Position numbers and translations under genes: made by a program
The notes under the pieces: generated by a model
Seen by the model: the letters and a program-made list of their open reading frames with translations, nothing else
Databases searched by the model: none
Told to the model about the DNA's origin: nothing
In this document: one piece after another, positions 9,096 through 21,744 of the stretch
How the letters are laid out: each line of letters starts with the position of its first letter
Position numbering within the stretch: position 1 is the first letter of the stretch
Origin: Mesotaenium endlicherianum
Lineage: Eukaryota
Direction of reading: 5' to 3'
Assembly: GCA_009602735.1 (NCBI GenBank)
Contig: WELA01002336.1
Location: 125,853-189,852, forward strand
DNA: 64,000 bases

Positions 9096-12000
9096 GAATG
9101 TGAACATCTCACATGTCCCCCCTCACATCCGCGCGCACGCATGCAAAACCGCATGGATGGATGCAGGCATCCCGTCCCAAAGTGAGCCATGCAAGCATCT
9201 CGAGTCCAGCTGAGCCCGGGGGTAAGACCCAGGGCAAAGCTATTGCCGGCCCAGCCATGACCTGCATCCCTGTCGCGAGCCACAGCCAACCAGCCCAGGG
9301 GAGTGGGGGGGCTACAGTCCAGCCCAGGGTGAGAGCTACTGCCAGCCCAGTCTTGAGCTGCAGCCCAGCATGCCCCTTGCCAGCATGCCCCCTGCCAGTA
9401 GAACTCAGGCAGCCCGGGCTATCTCTCCTCTCCTCCCCCTTGGCCCCTCCCAAGCAAGACAATCCTGAACAGCAGCCTTGACAACTTCTCGACACATGGC
9501 AGCAGCTGCTCTACACATGGCAGCCGTCCCAAGCACACAAATGGGAGAGAGCTTCGAGAGAGGAGAGGGAGAGGAGAGGGAGAGAAAGGGGGAGGGAGCG
9601 GGAGAGGGGGGGAGGGGAAGAGAAAAGTGAGACAGGCCTGCTGCTGCATAATAAACAAGTGACAGTTTCTTTATCTGTATGCCAGTCACCTCGGCATGTT
9701 CCCGGTGTAGAAAATGTCGGATTATCATCGTGTGTAGAAGATGTCGGATAATCATCGTGTGAGTTTTACACTAGAACGTTAAGAAAATTATGAGTTTGGT
9801 GAGAATATGGACTGCTAGTTGTATTGTGGGTTCTCCCTTGCTGGTCTTTCTGGTTTGGAGTAAAGTATGTGAGGCATGGACGGCACAAGGCCCCCCCTGC
9901 CCCCCCTGTAAACGCGATAACGGATTAGTTCTCAAGGAACACATGGTACAACATAATCCGAAACAACTTTTGGTCATAACTTTATCAAGAGGGAGACACA
10001 CAGAGAAGAAAGAGGGAGGAAGGGAGAAGGACGGAAGAGAAGGAGGCACTTGCAATAACTATCAAGCCGAAGGTCTAAGATACTTGCCGTCAAGAGCACC
10101 AGGACCCATCGCTCACTTTTGCTTGCCAGGCCCTCATCACTCACTTTCGATTACCAATGCGGAGAAAAGCCGAGACTTGCAAGAAATATTCACAAACTCA
10201 TTCTGTGTTCAAAACAGACTAAAATAAACCAAAGAACAGACATGGTTGCGGCTGAAGACATGTCCGTGGTTGTTAGGTTCTATCTTGCGGAGTTCATTGA
10301 AGTTGGTAATTTGATGGGTTAAGGTTGGGCTCGACCAAACGAGAACTAAGGCCGTGGATTAAGATCGCTGTACCATCACAATTGCATTCGAGGGGAGTCA
10401 TTGCAAGCCTCTTGCCATTGTTATAGAGCGGATAGAGTTGGGTTAACATCTTCGTCAAAGGGTAGGGCTTCGAAACACGTTTCCGCCAATTTTTAAGCTG
10501 GAAAGTGTCGCGTTGCTTGTCGTGGTGTGGTTACAATCTTTTGGCGACACTTCAGCGAAGAATTTGCCCGGGCCATCCCACGCCATCCTTTGAAAAGATG
10601 GAATGATTGCAAACCACCCATCGACCATGCATTCTCAGGGTGTTTATATGTAAACTCCTATCCAAATATTGAGTAAATATCTCTAATTGCTTCATATTGT
10701 CCAGGCGTACTTTATTCTTTCGTGCAACTAATTTCTTTGTAGATTCTTTTTTTTGTATAATTTATCTCCAAATTCTAGATGGAGTTTCCCCCCCATGTTA
10801 TAGACGGCTTCACTCTCTGCCGAGGGGCCCTTCGCCGACCCGTCGTGCCGAGAGTTAGTTGGAATGCGATGTGGTCAAGGTTGTATTCGAGTGTAAAAGG
10901 TGTATGGGATGAGGAACAGGTACATTCAGCTGGAAACCTACCTGTGAGGTACACCTGTCATAGAAAGCATGTGTTAAGAACGAACCTCCACAAAAAGCAA
11001 CTGCAAGCGTCCGCTCCTGGTTCGCTCCTTACGCTAGAAGACTTCCATGCACTTGTCTCGGACCTTATATGTCTGCCACGACTTCATAAGCTGTACAGCG
11101 TACACCTCGCTTCGGCTTACTTCGAAGTTCGGTAACCGGTTACAACTTAAGATCTCATTCACTTCGTTGCAACTAGTCACAGGAAGGCTTGACTGCTGAC
11201 ATAATAAGATCAGAATGACTTGCAACGTGTTTTACTACATTATCATTGGCTGTTTTTCCAATGCTGCCAAATGCTTTTCAACATGTATCATGTGTTCAGT
11301 GCTTCTTGACACTCTTGACGGCACTTTGCTGCCACTTGGTACAATCAGTATCATGTATGTACCTTTGAGTCTTGACTAAGATGGCAAAAGGCTGCACAAA
11401 GGGTGGGCTTCATAACGCGTCTCGCTGATCCCGCCGAAAACGTGTACCCGCTGGGTCACGCTCAGTAGCCTGCTAAAATAGTGCAACAATTCCTGATCTT
11501 TGACTTCATCAGGAATTCATTCGTACCTAAGTGTCATGCATGGCACCATATTGATGCGTTTACGCCATCCAAAAACAAAACGGAAGTAGGCCTGGAGCCT
11601 AGAGGCAGAACTTACTGCAGGCGCACCATTCAAGATCATACACGTGGTGGTGCTCAAGTTCAATTTGAATAGACGGCGAATAACGCCGAAGTAGGCGATG
11701 TTGTTCCCTTAGCATGACCTAAGCGCACAATGATTTACACATGTGAAAAGCAAAAGTGGGCACATTTAGCATGTGGGAAACACGGAAAATTTGATTCTCT
11801 GTGATACGTGGCATATAATTGGCGTGCTTCACGAGTCCCGACATATTTTGGTCTGTCAAGCTCGTTATGTATTCTTGTTCACCGAGACGTGTTTATAACA
11901 CGTGTCTACATTCTTTTCAGCCAACTAGCTATGGCTCCGAGTGTGGCTGGGGGAAAAAAAGGAAAAATCTCCACCTCGGCCGCTGGACGCCGGAATGCAG

Positions 12001-13764
12001 GAGATGGCTCTCCTTTTTTTCACCGATGCGCTCACCTTCATTCCTCTCGAGCTCATCCATTCTGCGTCACGAACGGGCTAAGATGTACATTTTTGTGATG
12101 AACATGGTCTAGGCTCTATCCATCTCGTGTTACTACTTAGTTCTGTGGCTTCGCTGCAAGAGGAGGGAGCTTCGGCAAGTGGCCACTGTGAAAAGCGATC
12201 CAGTTGAATGCTCCGTAGGACCATACACGGACGCCTTATTTTTTGTGGAGGCGAAACTCGGGCTGCTTCATACAGTCCCTCCGGGATTTTTGCAAGCGAT
12301 TCTCAGACTCAGTGACATCCATTTTGTAAGTTCAAGTGCATATGCACCTATTCATGCCTACAGGTATTTATGTTGCAGTTGTGTTGTTGTGAACGTCTGC
12401 CTTGACTCGCACAACTTCCAAAACCTGGTCATACCGCTCCTCTTTCGGACTTTTCAAAATTTTCATTGTCAGGACATATCTGTCTCCCTTGATTGACTGA
12501 CTTATGTGCTCTAAGGCAACTTATGCTTTCCATATCCAACTCTTGCTTTCAATACTTGTATACTACGTCACTCAACCCCGGATGCATGCATTGGCTAATG
12601 TGTAGGCGCAGGGAGGCTGTCATACGCTCGTGCCCTGTTGCACAAATGTGTACCAAACTTTTATTTCGATGAGCAAAACATAGAAGCCAATTCAGGTCTT
12701 GCCGCCTGGCCATAGTTTGGTCAATGTATAGACAGTAGACGTTTGAGACATTTGACCCAGCATCAACTTCTCGACAGAGAAAGCTCAGATGTACTGGCGC
12801 TCAGAGAGCAGGATTTGTGCTAGTCTGTTCTCCCTGTAAGTCTCATTGCGAGGCAATGCATTGATGCTTACAGGAAGGCCAATCCGCCTGGCCCTCAAGA
12901 CTAGACTTCAGCTATAGGCTTGCTCAGTTGGCAGCTAGCGACCATTACATGTGTTCAGGGCTTGCACATTCTCGCCCTGATTCTTGTCTCTGTCTGCCGC
13001 CTATTGCCATCTGACAGCTGGATGGGCCGGGCCTGAGCTGAAATGTGCTGTTGAGTGCATGGGCATCGCCTGCGGGCTGAACAAATACTCTAGTTACGCT
13101 CTCAAGCTGTCACGCAGGAGCTGAACCAATGCTTGTGGTCCTCGAGCTGTGTGGCGATGCTTTTGCAGAACTGAAGCACCCGCCTGGTTACGCTGAGACG
13201 ACATTAGGCGCTTCCATTCCTCGGTCCCGGCCGCCCACTGCAGCGGCCTGGAGGAGACTTGAGACCACCTTTTCCAAGGTACACAATACATCACACTTCT
13301 GATGGGAGGTCAGGTCAGAGAGAAAGAGAGGCAGTTTGTGGCTTGTATGTATTTCCATGCAGGCTTCTGTTAGTGGTTGCTGCTAGTGAGTCCACCAGCT
13401 TGCTTGCCTGCCTATAGCTACATCTTCGGAGCTAGCTCTTGTATGTGAGAGCTAGCTCCACAGATGCAGCTATATACGCAGAGACATATGCATACATGGA
13501 TATATATATACATGCATATATATATATGGATATATATATGTAAATATTTATATATGCATATGTATCTATGTGTAAATATACGCTCGCAGCGATCGACTCT
13601 CACCATTTCTCGGGGGCTGGCTGGCTCTATGGCTGCAGTGTCCCTCCTTCATGGTCGAGCGAGCCGTGTCGGACTTGTGAGACACGCAGAGAGCCCGCCA
13701 GGTGGCAGCACATCCTGCCAATCAAGTTGCAGCGCAGCGGTTGCCACATCCGGAACTTTTTGCG

Positions 13765-16700
13765 ATGACGTGCACCATGATGGCCCCCCCTCCCCTGCAC
13801 CTGGGGAGCAATCGACACTCGGGCCCGCTGTTCCTCCCTCCCCTCCATCTGGCTTCGCCCCAGTCCCAGCACCAGCATCAGCAGCACTACCACCAGGAGC
13901 ACCATCACTACCACCACCACCAGCACCACCAGCAGCAGCAGCAGCAGCAGCAGCCATGGCATCAGGATGTGAGCTGCGGCAAGCGCAGGCGTGCTGCCGA
14001 CAGGGTCCCCTGCCAGATGGAGAGCTTTGGTGAGCTCGGCTCGTGCGCCGACTACGACGGCGCGTATCGCGACAACATCCGCGCGTTCCTGGCGGAGCGC
14101 TGCGAGCTTGAGGAGTTCGGGTACGCACGCGCATCCCACCCCCTCAAGACTCTCCACTTCAAGCTTCGGTCGTGGACTAATCCCCCCCCNNNNNNNNNNN
14201 NNNNNNNNNNNNNNNNNNNNNNNNNNNNNNNNNNNNNNNNNNNNNNNNNNNNNNNNNNNNNNNNNNNNNNNNNNNNNNNNNNNNNNNNNNNNNNNNNNNN
14301 NNNNNNNNNNNNNNNNNNNNNNNNNNNNNNNNNNNNNNNNNNNNNNNNNNNNNNNNNNNNNNNNNNNNNNNNNNNNNNNNNNNNNNNNNNNNNNNNNNNN
14401 NNNNNNNNNNNNNNNNNNNNNNNNNNNNNNNNNNNNNNNNNNNNNNNNNNNNNNNNNNNNNNNNNNNNNNNNNNNNNNNNNNNNNNNNNNNNNNNNNNNN
14501 NNNNNNNNNNNNNNNNNNNNNNNNNNNNNNNNNNNNNNNNNNNNNNNNNNNNNNNNNNNNNNNNNNNNNNNNNNNNNNNNNNNNNNNNNNNNNNNNNNNN
14601 NNNNNNNNNNNNNNNNNNNNNNNNNNNNNNNNNNNNNNNNNNNNNNNNNNNNNNNNNNNNNNNNNNNNNNNNNNNNNNNNNNNNNNNNNNNNNNNNNNNN
14701 NNNNNNNNNNNNNNNNNNNNNNNNNNNNNNNNNNNNNNNNNNNNNNNNNNNNNNNNNNNNNNNNNNNNNNNNNNNNNNNNNNNNNNNNNNNNNNNNNCCC
14801 CCCCCCCCCCAACATTTCAATCTATCTCTCTCCCTCTCTCCCTCTCCCCCTCTCTCTCTCTCAGCGTGTCCCTTGCCCTGTGCTGTCCTCGCCTTCCCAG
14901 GCAAGGCTTGCAGCCTGGCTTGTGCTGCTGCTCCTGCTCCTGCTCCTGCTGCTGCAACTGCCGCCGCCCATGTGCATTCATAACATTGCCATTAAGCAGT
15001 TACTCCTCAGTGTGGATGTCCTTGGCGGATCACATTGTAGTCGATTGGATTGGATCGGATCTGATCTGATGATAGTGGATTTGATTGGACTTGATACCTC
15101 TGGACTGGATAGCATCTCATTCCAGATCTGCCGCTGCTTGCTCATCTGGCGATGGCCGACGCTGGCTCCTCCCCCCAGGCTCTCCCAGGAGCGTCAGCTG
15201 ACGGGGGGCTTCCTCGTGGGTGCGACTGCGTGTGCTTGGATATGCAGGCTGGGCTCGCTGCCCAGGTGGAGCCTACTGCTGGAGGACGCGCGCGGCACGC
15301 AAGTGCCTCTCTTCATCGTGGAGGAGAGCGCGAGCGCGCAGCCCCAGAGTGCCCACTGCGACCACTGCCGCTGCATCGGTCTGCATGCCAGCCTCCATCC
15401 TCTCTCTCAATCTTTATATTTCCATGTGCGAGTGTGCTCCGTATGCCTGTGTTTGTGTGCCTGTCTTTGCTTTAGTTTTGCATGGCCCAGCAAAGGTCCG
15501 TCCGAGTTGACGTTCGTCTGCCGTCCTCCTCTGCAAGTCTGCTCAACCTGGCCCCGACTGAACCAAGACGCACTTAGCGAAATGGCTGGTACCTCGCACT
15601 CACACTCATACAACTCTCTCTCTTTCTGTCTGTCTCCGTGTTCCTCCCCCTTGCTGCAACGGCGTGCAGGCTGGAGCCACCACCCGGTGTCGGTGAAGCG
15701 CCACCACTTCATCATCCCCGCCGGCGCTGACTTTACCAACCTCTGCCAGGCTGGCGACACCCCCATGAAGAGTCGCAAGCAGGTCAGTCCCCGCCCTGCT
15801 TCTCGACATGCTTGTTGCCTTCTTTTCTCAGCGTATGCTTCTGGGCATGTGCCTAAGCCCCGTGCTGGCATGGCTTCTGGGAGAGATCCACCCCGGCAGA
15901 TGCACTTCAGATCGTCTTTTGTGATCGAGTCCGTGAGTGACACGTGCATGCATGTATCTGCACTTGTGTTTGAAGATGTGTCCATGCATTCCGCAGTTTC
16001 CATCCACGTCCTCACAATATTCACATGCGTGCTTGTGCTCGTGTGCGCGTGTGTGTGTGTGCGCCAGCAGTGCCAGAGCTGCGGCGAGAGTGCGCAGGGC
16101 GGGTCGCGCGTGTGCCTCTCGTGCCAGCTGGAGGGCAGGGGGGGCGGGGCGACCGCGGCGGCACTGCACGCGCCCACGCACCTGCTGCATGGCGTGTTGC
16201 ATACCAACGGGTTCGGGCACCTGCTGCGGATCAACGGGCGCCAGAAGGGCTCTCGGGCCATCAGCGGGCGGCAGCTGATGAACCTGTGGGACAACCTGTG
16301 CTCCATGCTCCGCGCCAGGTGCCGCGCTTGCCCTCCTCTGCACGCGTCCAGCCTGCGACGGATGTTGTGTGTTGCAAATGCGCCTGTGTGCGTGTCTTCC
16401 AAGTGTGTGTGTGAGTGTGTGTTTGTGTGCGTGCCTGCATGTTAGTGTTGGTGTGCATGCGCTAGTGCACCTGTTGAAGTCTGCAGAAAGAAGGCTTGTT
16501 CTGCCGCTAGCTGCTGACCAGAGTGTAGGTGCCACCATCTCCTGCTCCTGACCAGAAGCAGCCGCTCTTAACTGCCTCCGTAGCTGGAGCTGAAGGAGAA
16601 CCTCACTCTCTTCCCCTTCTTGCTTTCTCAGGTCACGAGGCCAATCCACACCGCTCTTGACAGCAATCCTTGATTGATTCACTGCTTGCTTGCGTGCTTG

Positions 16701-19700
16701 CACACTCATACTGCAATCTTTTATGCGTCGCGTGTCATCTTTTGATGACTAAGTTAACCTCCCCCCCAGTGCTCGAGAGAGCCTGATCAATGCCTCACCT
16801 GTGCACGTGCGCCATGATACGTGTGAGCGAGCAGGCACGTGAGTGTGGAGGACGTGTCGACAAGTGGCGCCATGACCCTGCGGCTGCTGCACACAGCCGC
16901 CTTTGGCGAGGGCTGGTACGGCCGCTGGGGCTTCCGCTTCGGCCACGGCTCCTTCGGCATCACGGCCGCCATGCACGCCAAGGCCGTGCAGACCCTGCGC
17001 TGCCTCCCCCTCGAGGTGGGTACTTGCGGGTGCCTTGCAGCATGCTTGTGCAGAATATCTTGCATGTGTGCATGTGCACGCGCTCGCGCGCGCACGTGTG
17101 TGTGTGTGTGTGCGTGTGTGCATATGTGTGCACGTATGGGCTTGTGTGTGTTTGTGTGTGCTTTCGAGGGTGTACATGTGTACATGCGAGCATGCATGCA
17201 AGTGTGGGTGCGGTTGGATGCCGTGCTCGCTTGCATGTGAGTCGTGCCATTGGCTGCATGTATTTGGCGCACTGCCGCTCTTTTTCATACGTGGCCTCCT
17301 GGCAGCATCTCACACGTGGCATGCATGCGTGCATGAGGAGACGGTGGCGGCAGGCGCTGGTGGACCACTTTGAGGGCGTGGACGCCGAGGTGCAGGCCAT
17401 CGTGCGCCGCTACCAGCGCCACAGCACCACCACCACCGCCACCACCATCAGCAGCAAGGACGCCGGCGCGCCCCTGGCCAGCCTGGGCGACCTCGTGCGC
17501 TTCATGCTGGAGCTCAAGGATTGCCTCCCCCGCACACCGCCAGGTGGCAGCCCCTCGCGGAAGGGTCCGGGCGGCAGCGGCCTGAGCCACAGCCTCACCT
17601 TCAGCCGCTCGTCCTCGCTGTCGCAGTCGCTGTCCCACTCGCACACGCAGCTGCACTCGCCTCCGCGCTCGGGCTCGGGCTCGTTCTCGACAGTGACCGC
17701 GGCCACAACGTCGGACGACGCGGGCATCATCATCACGGAGCCGCTGCACGCGGACTCGCCGTCGTGCCGCTGGTCGCCCAAGCGCCTGGAGCTGGCGCAG
17801 CAGGTGATCGTGGCGGCGCTCAAGGCGCGGCCGCAGCAGTGGGTGCCGCGGCACGAGGTGCGCGAGGCGGCGCGGCAGACCATTGGCGACACGGGCCTGC
17901 TGGACTACGTGCTCAAGTCCCTGGGCAACCGCCTGGTGTGCGACCACGTGGTGCGCCGCGCCGTCAACTCCCTCACCAAGGTGCTCGAGTTCAGCCTCGA
18001 GAGCGTCGCCGCCGCCTGCGCCCCCGCCGCTGAGGCGGGCCCGGCAGTGGCAGTGGCGGCATCTGGGGCGGCGATCAAGCAGGTGGGTGGCGTACAGTGG
18101 CTCCAATCTGCTTGTATGCTGATCTTGTGAATGCGTGCCTTTCTTGGATTAAAGAGCATTTGTGGCAGTGCTTGTGATGCGAGTCTAATCATGTCGTCGT
18201 TGCCGCGCGGCGCGCGCGAGGAGGGTGAGGATGACTGCACACGCTTTGTGTTTTTTGCACTTGAGGCCACCCCTGCCACCACTGCCAGTCGCTGCGTGGT
18301 GGCGTCCTGCTGTGCCATATGCTGCCTGCCTTCTCTCCCGCTCACACCCTGCCTCCCAATTTTGCTCGTCTCCCTGCCTGCCTGCGTGCCTGCCTGCCGG
18401 TGAGCAGGAGAGAGAAGCGGAGCAAGAGCCGGAGCTGGCGAGGGCGGACGTGGTGCGCGATATCTCGTACGTCTACAAGAACGTGCTGGAGAGCTACAAG
18501 CCTGCTCGTACCCCTGCCGCCTCCTCCGCCAGCAGCGGCGTCAGGGAGGGGGCTGGGAGTGCCACCGCCCATACAGTGGCTGCAGTGGCCACCGCTTCAC
18601 GCCTCATCCTGGACACCAAACACGTGAGCCCATACTCCCACCCCCCCTTTTCCTCCCTGCGTGCATGCTCGTGAGTGGATGTGGCGCCAAACGGCTCAGT
18701 AGTGGGAGCTTGCCCATGTCCTGTAAGCGAGGTATGAATCTTGTTTGCTGAGTTTTACAAATTCACGTTTGCTTTACTTTGGGTGATATGAGGACCTCAA
18801 GGGGACCTGGGCTCGGTTGAGAGGGACGGGTTCCTACTATGCACTGACGCTACGTGTTGCTTGTTTGGTGAACGCCCTGCTGAGGTGGCAGTTTTTCAAG
18901 GACTACCGAGGCGAGATGTCAAGGCGAGCCGCCGCCAATGAGTGGGCCATGGACGACGACGACATGCTGCGCATCCTCTGCAGGTGTGTGTGCGTGTGTG
19001 TATGCCTGTGTTTGTACATGTGTTTGCATTTTCATGCACATATATTTGGATACCTGTATTGTGTCTGCGCGCGTTGTTCTGAAGGGTGTGCTCGTGCATG
19101 CGTATGTGTGGGTCTCTCTGTGTCCCCTCTGTCATCAGTCCTGTCTCAACAGGAGGTATGGAAACCATCTTGCCCCTCTCTCTCCCCCCCCCCCCCACGC
19201 TGCTCACCCCCCTCTCTTCTGCGGCGCTTCGTCTGCAGGGTGGAGCTGAAGGACGAGGACAAGCGGAGGAACCGGGCGAGCCCGCCCCCCGAGCTCGTGA
19301 TTGTGCCCCCGCATGCGACGGTGGGCGACCTGAAGCAGAAGGCCAGCGAGGCGCTCCAGAGCACCTACCACATCCTCCGCAACTTCCAGGTGCGTGCCCG
19401 CCCGCGTGTGCTTGTGGGTGCGCGTGCGCTTGCATGAGTCTTCTCACTTTCCCTGGAGAGCCAGCTGCTGTACCCGTCGCATTTCTCCCTCCTCTCCCCC
19501 TCTCCCCCCNNNNNNNNNNNNNNNNNNNNNNNNNNNNNNNNNNNNNNNNNNNNNNNNNNNNNNNNNNNNNNNNNNNNNNNNNNNNNNNNNNNNNNNNNNN
19601 NNNNNNNNNNNNNNNNNNNNNNNNNNNNNNNNNNNNNNNNNNNNNNNNNNNNNNNNNNNNNNNNNNNNNNNNNNNNNCCCCCCTTCCCAACCACGCGTCT

Positions 19701-20391
19701 CCGGCTGATAGAGGTTTGCAGCCTCCGGAGCTCAAGTTTCCATCTATCCGCCTTTAGGGCTTGTGCGCCTCGACCTCCGGACTCCAGACTCACGATGTTC
19801 TGTGTGCGTGTGACCGTGTGCGCGGGCGTGTGTGGCGAGAGCAGGTGGAGCACATAGTGGACTTGGACGACGCGGACGACGACGACCCGCTCTTCGGATC
19901 CATCGAGTCCAACTCCTGCATCCAAGTGCAGGGCTCTGGCCTCCTCCGCGGCGCCAGGTGGCTCACCTGACCCCACTCGCACCACCTGTTCTTCTCCAAA
20001 GCAAGCCACAGATTTCACCTTTGCTTCGTCTTGAGCCCTACGGTTGGAGCCAGGTGCCCGTGTGAGCTGTGTGTAGTGAGTTGCATACTTGGAGAGGCCA
20101 ATAGTGGCCAGATCAGGGCTTTTCATTCTTCTGACACGTGTGTGTGTGTGTGTGTGTGCGCGTGCGTGCGTGCGCAGCGAGTGGCGATACCAGGGGGGCA
20201 ACGACAGCTGGGTGGTGGAGTGCCCGTGCGGCGCGCGCGACGACGACGGCGAGCGCATGATCGCGTGTGACGTGTGCGAGACGTGGCAGCACACGCGGTG
20301 CGGCGGCATTGCCGACTCGGCCGCCGTGCCGCACCACTTCATGTGCGACGTCTGCCGCCTCATCGACACCACCGACCTGGACCATGCGTGA
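13765..20391 (+). CDS. PHD finger protein, MALE STERILITY 1 / MALE MEIOCYTE DEATH 1 family (11 exons; start codon uncertain)
   Basis: Phase-consistent GT-AG exons: ~13765-14120, 15248-15378, 15670-15782, 16068/16071-16318, 16835-17015, 17354-18082, 18408-18623, 18892-18983, 19239-19389, 19845-19957, 20178-20391. Family motifs: YRDNIRAFL, CDHCRCIGWSHHPV, HLLHGVLHTNGFGHLLRING, WYGRWGFRFGHGSFG, RWSPKRL, IGDTGLLDYVLKSLGN, PPPELVIVP, and C-terminal PHD VECPCGARDDDGERMIACDVCETWQHTRC. Confidence 0.92.
14190..14797. other. Assembly gap (N run)
   Basis: N run flanked by poly-C; other gaps at 19510-19677, 33218-33226 and 46778-47645, and single Ns at 23565 and 43147. Confidence 1.
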
Positions 20392-21668
20392 CGTGGCGTC
20401 GCGCGGGAGGCCGCCAGCAGTGCTGGGCTGTGTCGGCCGGGGCTGGGCGGGCTGGCTGGCGAGGAGCGGTGTAGAGCCCCGTTGTTTTGTACGAGACGCC
20501 GGCAGCAGCAGCGGTGGCAGTGGCGGCAGTAGCGGCAGCGGTGGCGGCAGCAGCTGTGGTGCCAGGTGGCACAAAAGCGCCGGGGGGAAGGGGCGTGCCA
20601 TTGTGCGCTGGAGAGTTGGCCTGTGCCAGAGGCAAGACAAGACACATGGCACTGGCTTTCCCCTGCGTCGCGATGGCGGCTTGCCCTCGAGAAACGAGAA
20701 GACCTGAAGCAGGGTATGCAGTGACCGCTGTGATACCCGGCTCTTCCCCAGAGTCTGCACTTGTTCAGCGGGGGAGCGCGAGGCACGTGCCCCCTGGTCA
20801 GGGCTGCAGTTGGATCTTGAAATCTAGGGCACGTTTTGTTTCAGCCTCAAGCGTGGCGATGCAGAGGATGAAGCAGGAGAGGTGGTGCAAGGGAGGAGCA
20901 CAGATGGCGATTTTATGAGCTGGTGGTGTATGGCTCTTGGGACAATTGACGTCTTCTGTCGAGGGGAGTTGCACTAATCAGAGGCAGGCAGAGTGAAGAG
21001 CAGCACTGGTGTGCTCTCTTCGGGAGGAGGGTTGGGCAAGCTTTGCGGCGAGGGGAGGCGCCAATTGTGCATGAGCAGCAGGTGGTGCTCTAGCTCAAAT
21101 GTGAGCTTGAAGTTGGTAGGCATGTAATTTCATTCATTCATACGCATTCATGAAGCATGTGAGGGGATCGCAGTGACAGGGCTTTGGATTGGTTTGGTGT
21201 CCCAAGAAGGAGGAGTTTAGGTGGACAATGTCTGGTCCACAATAATCAACTGATTTGTGGCTGATGCATAACGGGTCAAGAGGCGGGTGTTGGCCACATG
21301 GCGAAGCGAGACTGCTGGCTGGCTGGCTGGCTGGCTTGTCTACTTCTTGTTCGTTTTGACTGCTTCAGTGGAGGGGGGTGTTGGGAGGTGATGGACAAAA
21401 GGTCTTGATCTTCTCAACGCCCCCTTGTACATATAGCGTGTGAGGTTTCCTTCTCTTATTGGGCAAACTTGACCTAATGAGGTTGGCAAGCCGCCCACGT
21501 GACATCAGCCTAGCCTCAGCATAGGGTAGAAGCAACCGTTAGGTTTTGGGAATATCGTTAGGGCTAAGGAGATATCACCCCAAGACCTTTGGCGAAAAGT
21601 TGGCTTAGTCAAGCAAATGCTCAGCATGCAAGGATTTTTGTTGCATACAACGTTCTTTTATATGTTTC

Positions 21669-21744
21669 TGAAGTCCCATGACATAGTCCAGAGTAGAGCA
21701 TTTGAATGAAGTCCCATAACATAGTTCAGGGTAGAGCATTTGAA
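21669..21744. repeat. 38-bp tandem duplication
   Basis: tgaagtcccatgacatagtccagagtagagcatttgaa followed by tgaagtcccataacatagttcagggtagagcatttgaa. Confidence 0.85.

Noticed and set aside
7673..9500. Long Cys/Val- or His/Thr-rich ORFs
   Set aside because: Translation artefacts of (CA/TG)n repeats; only 7944-8029 looks protein-like.
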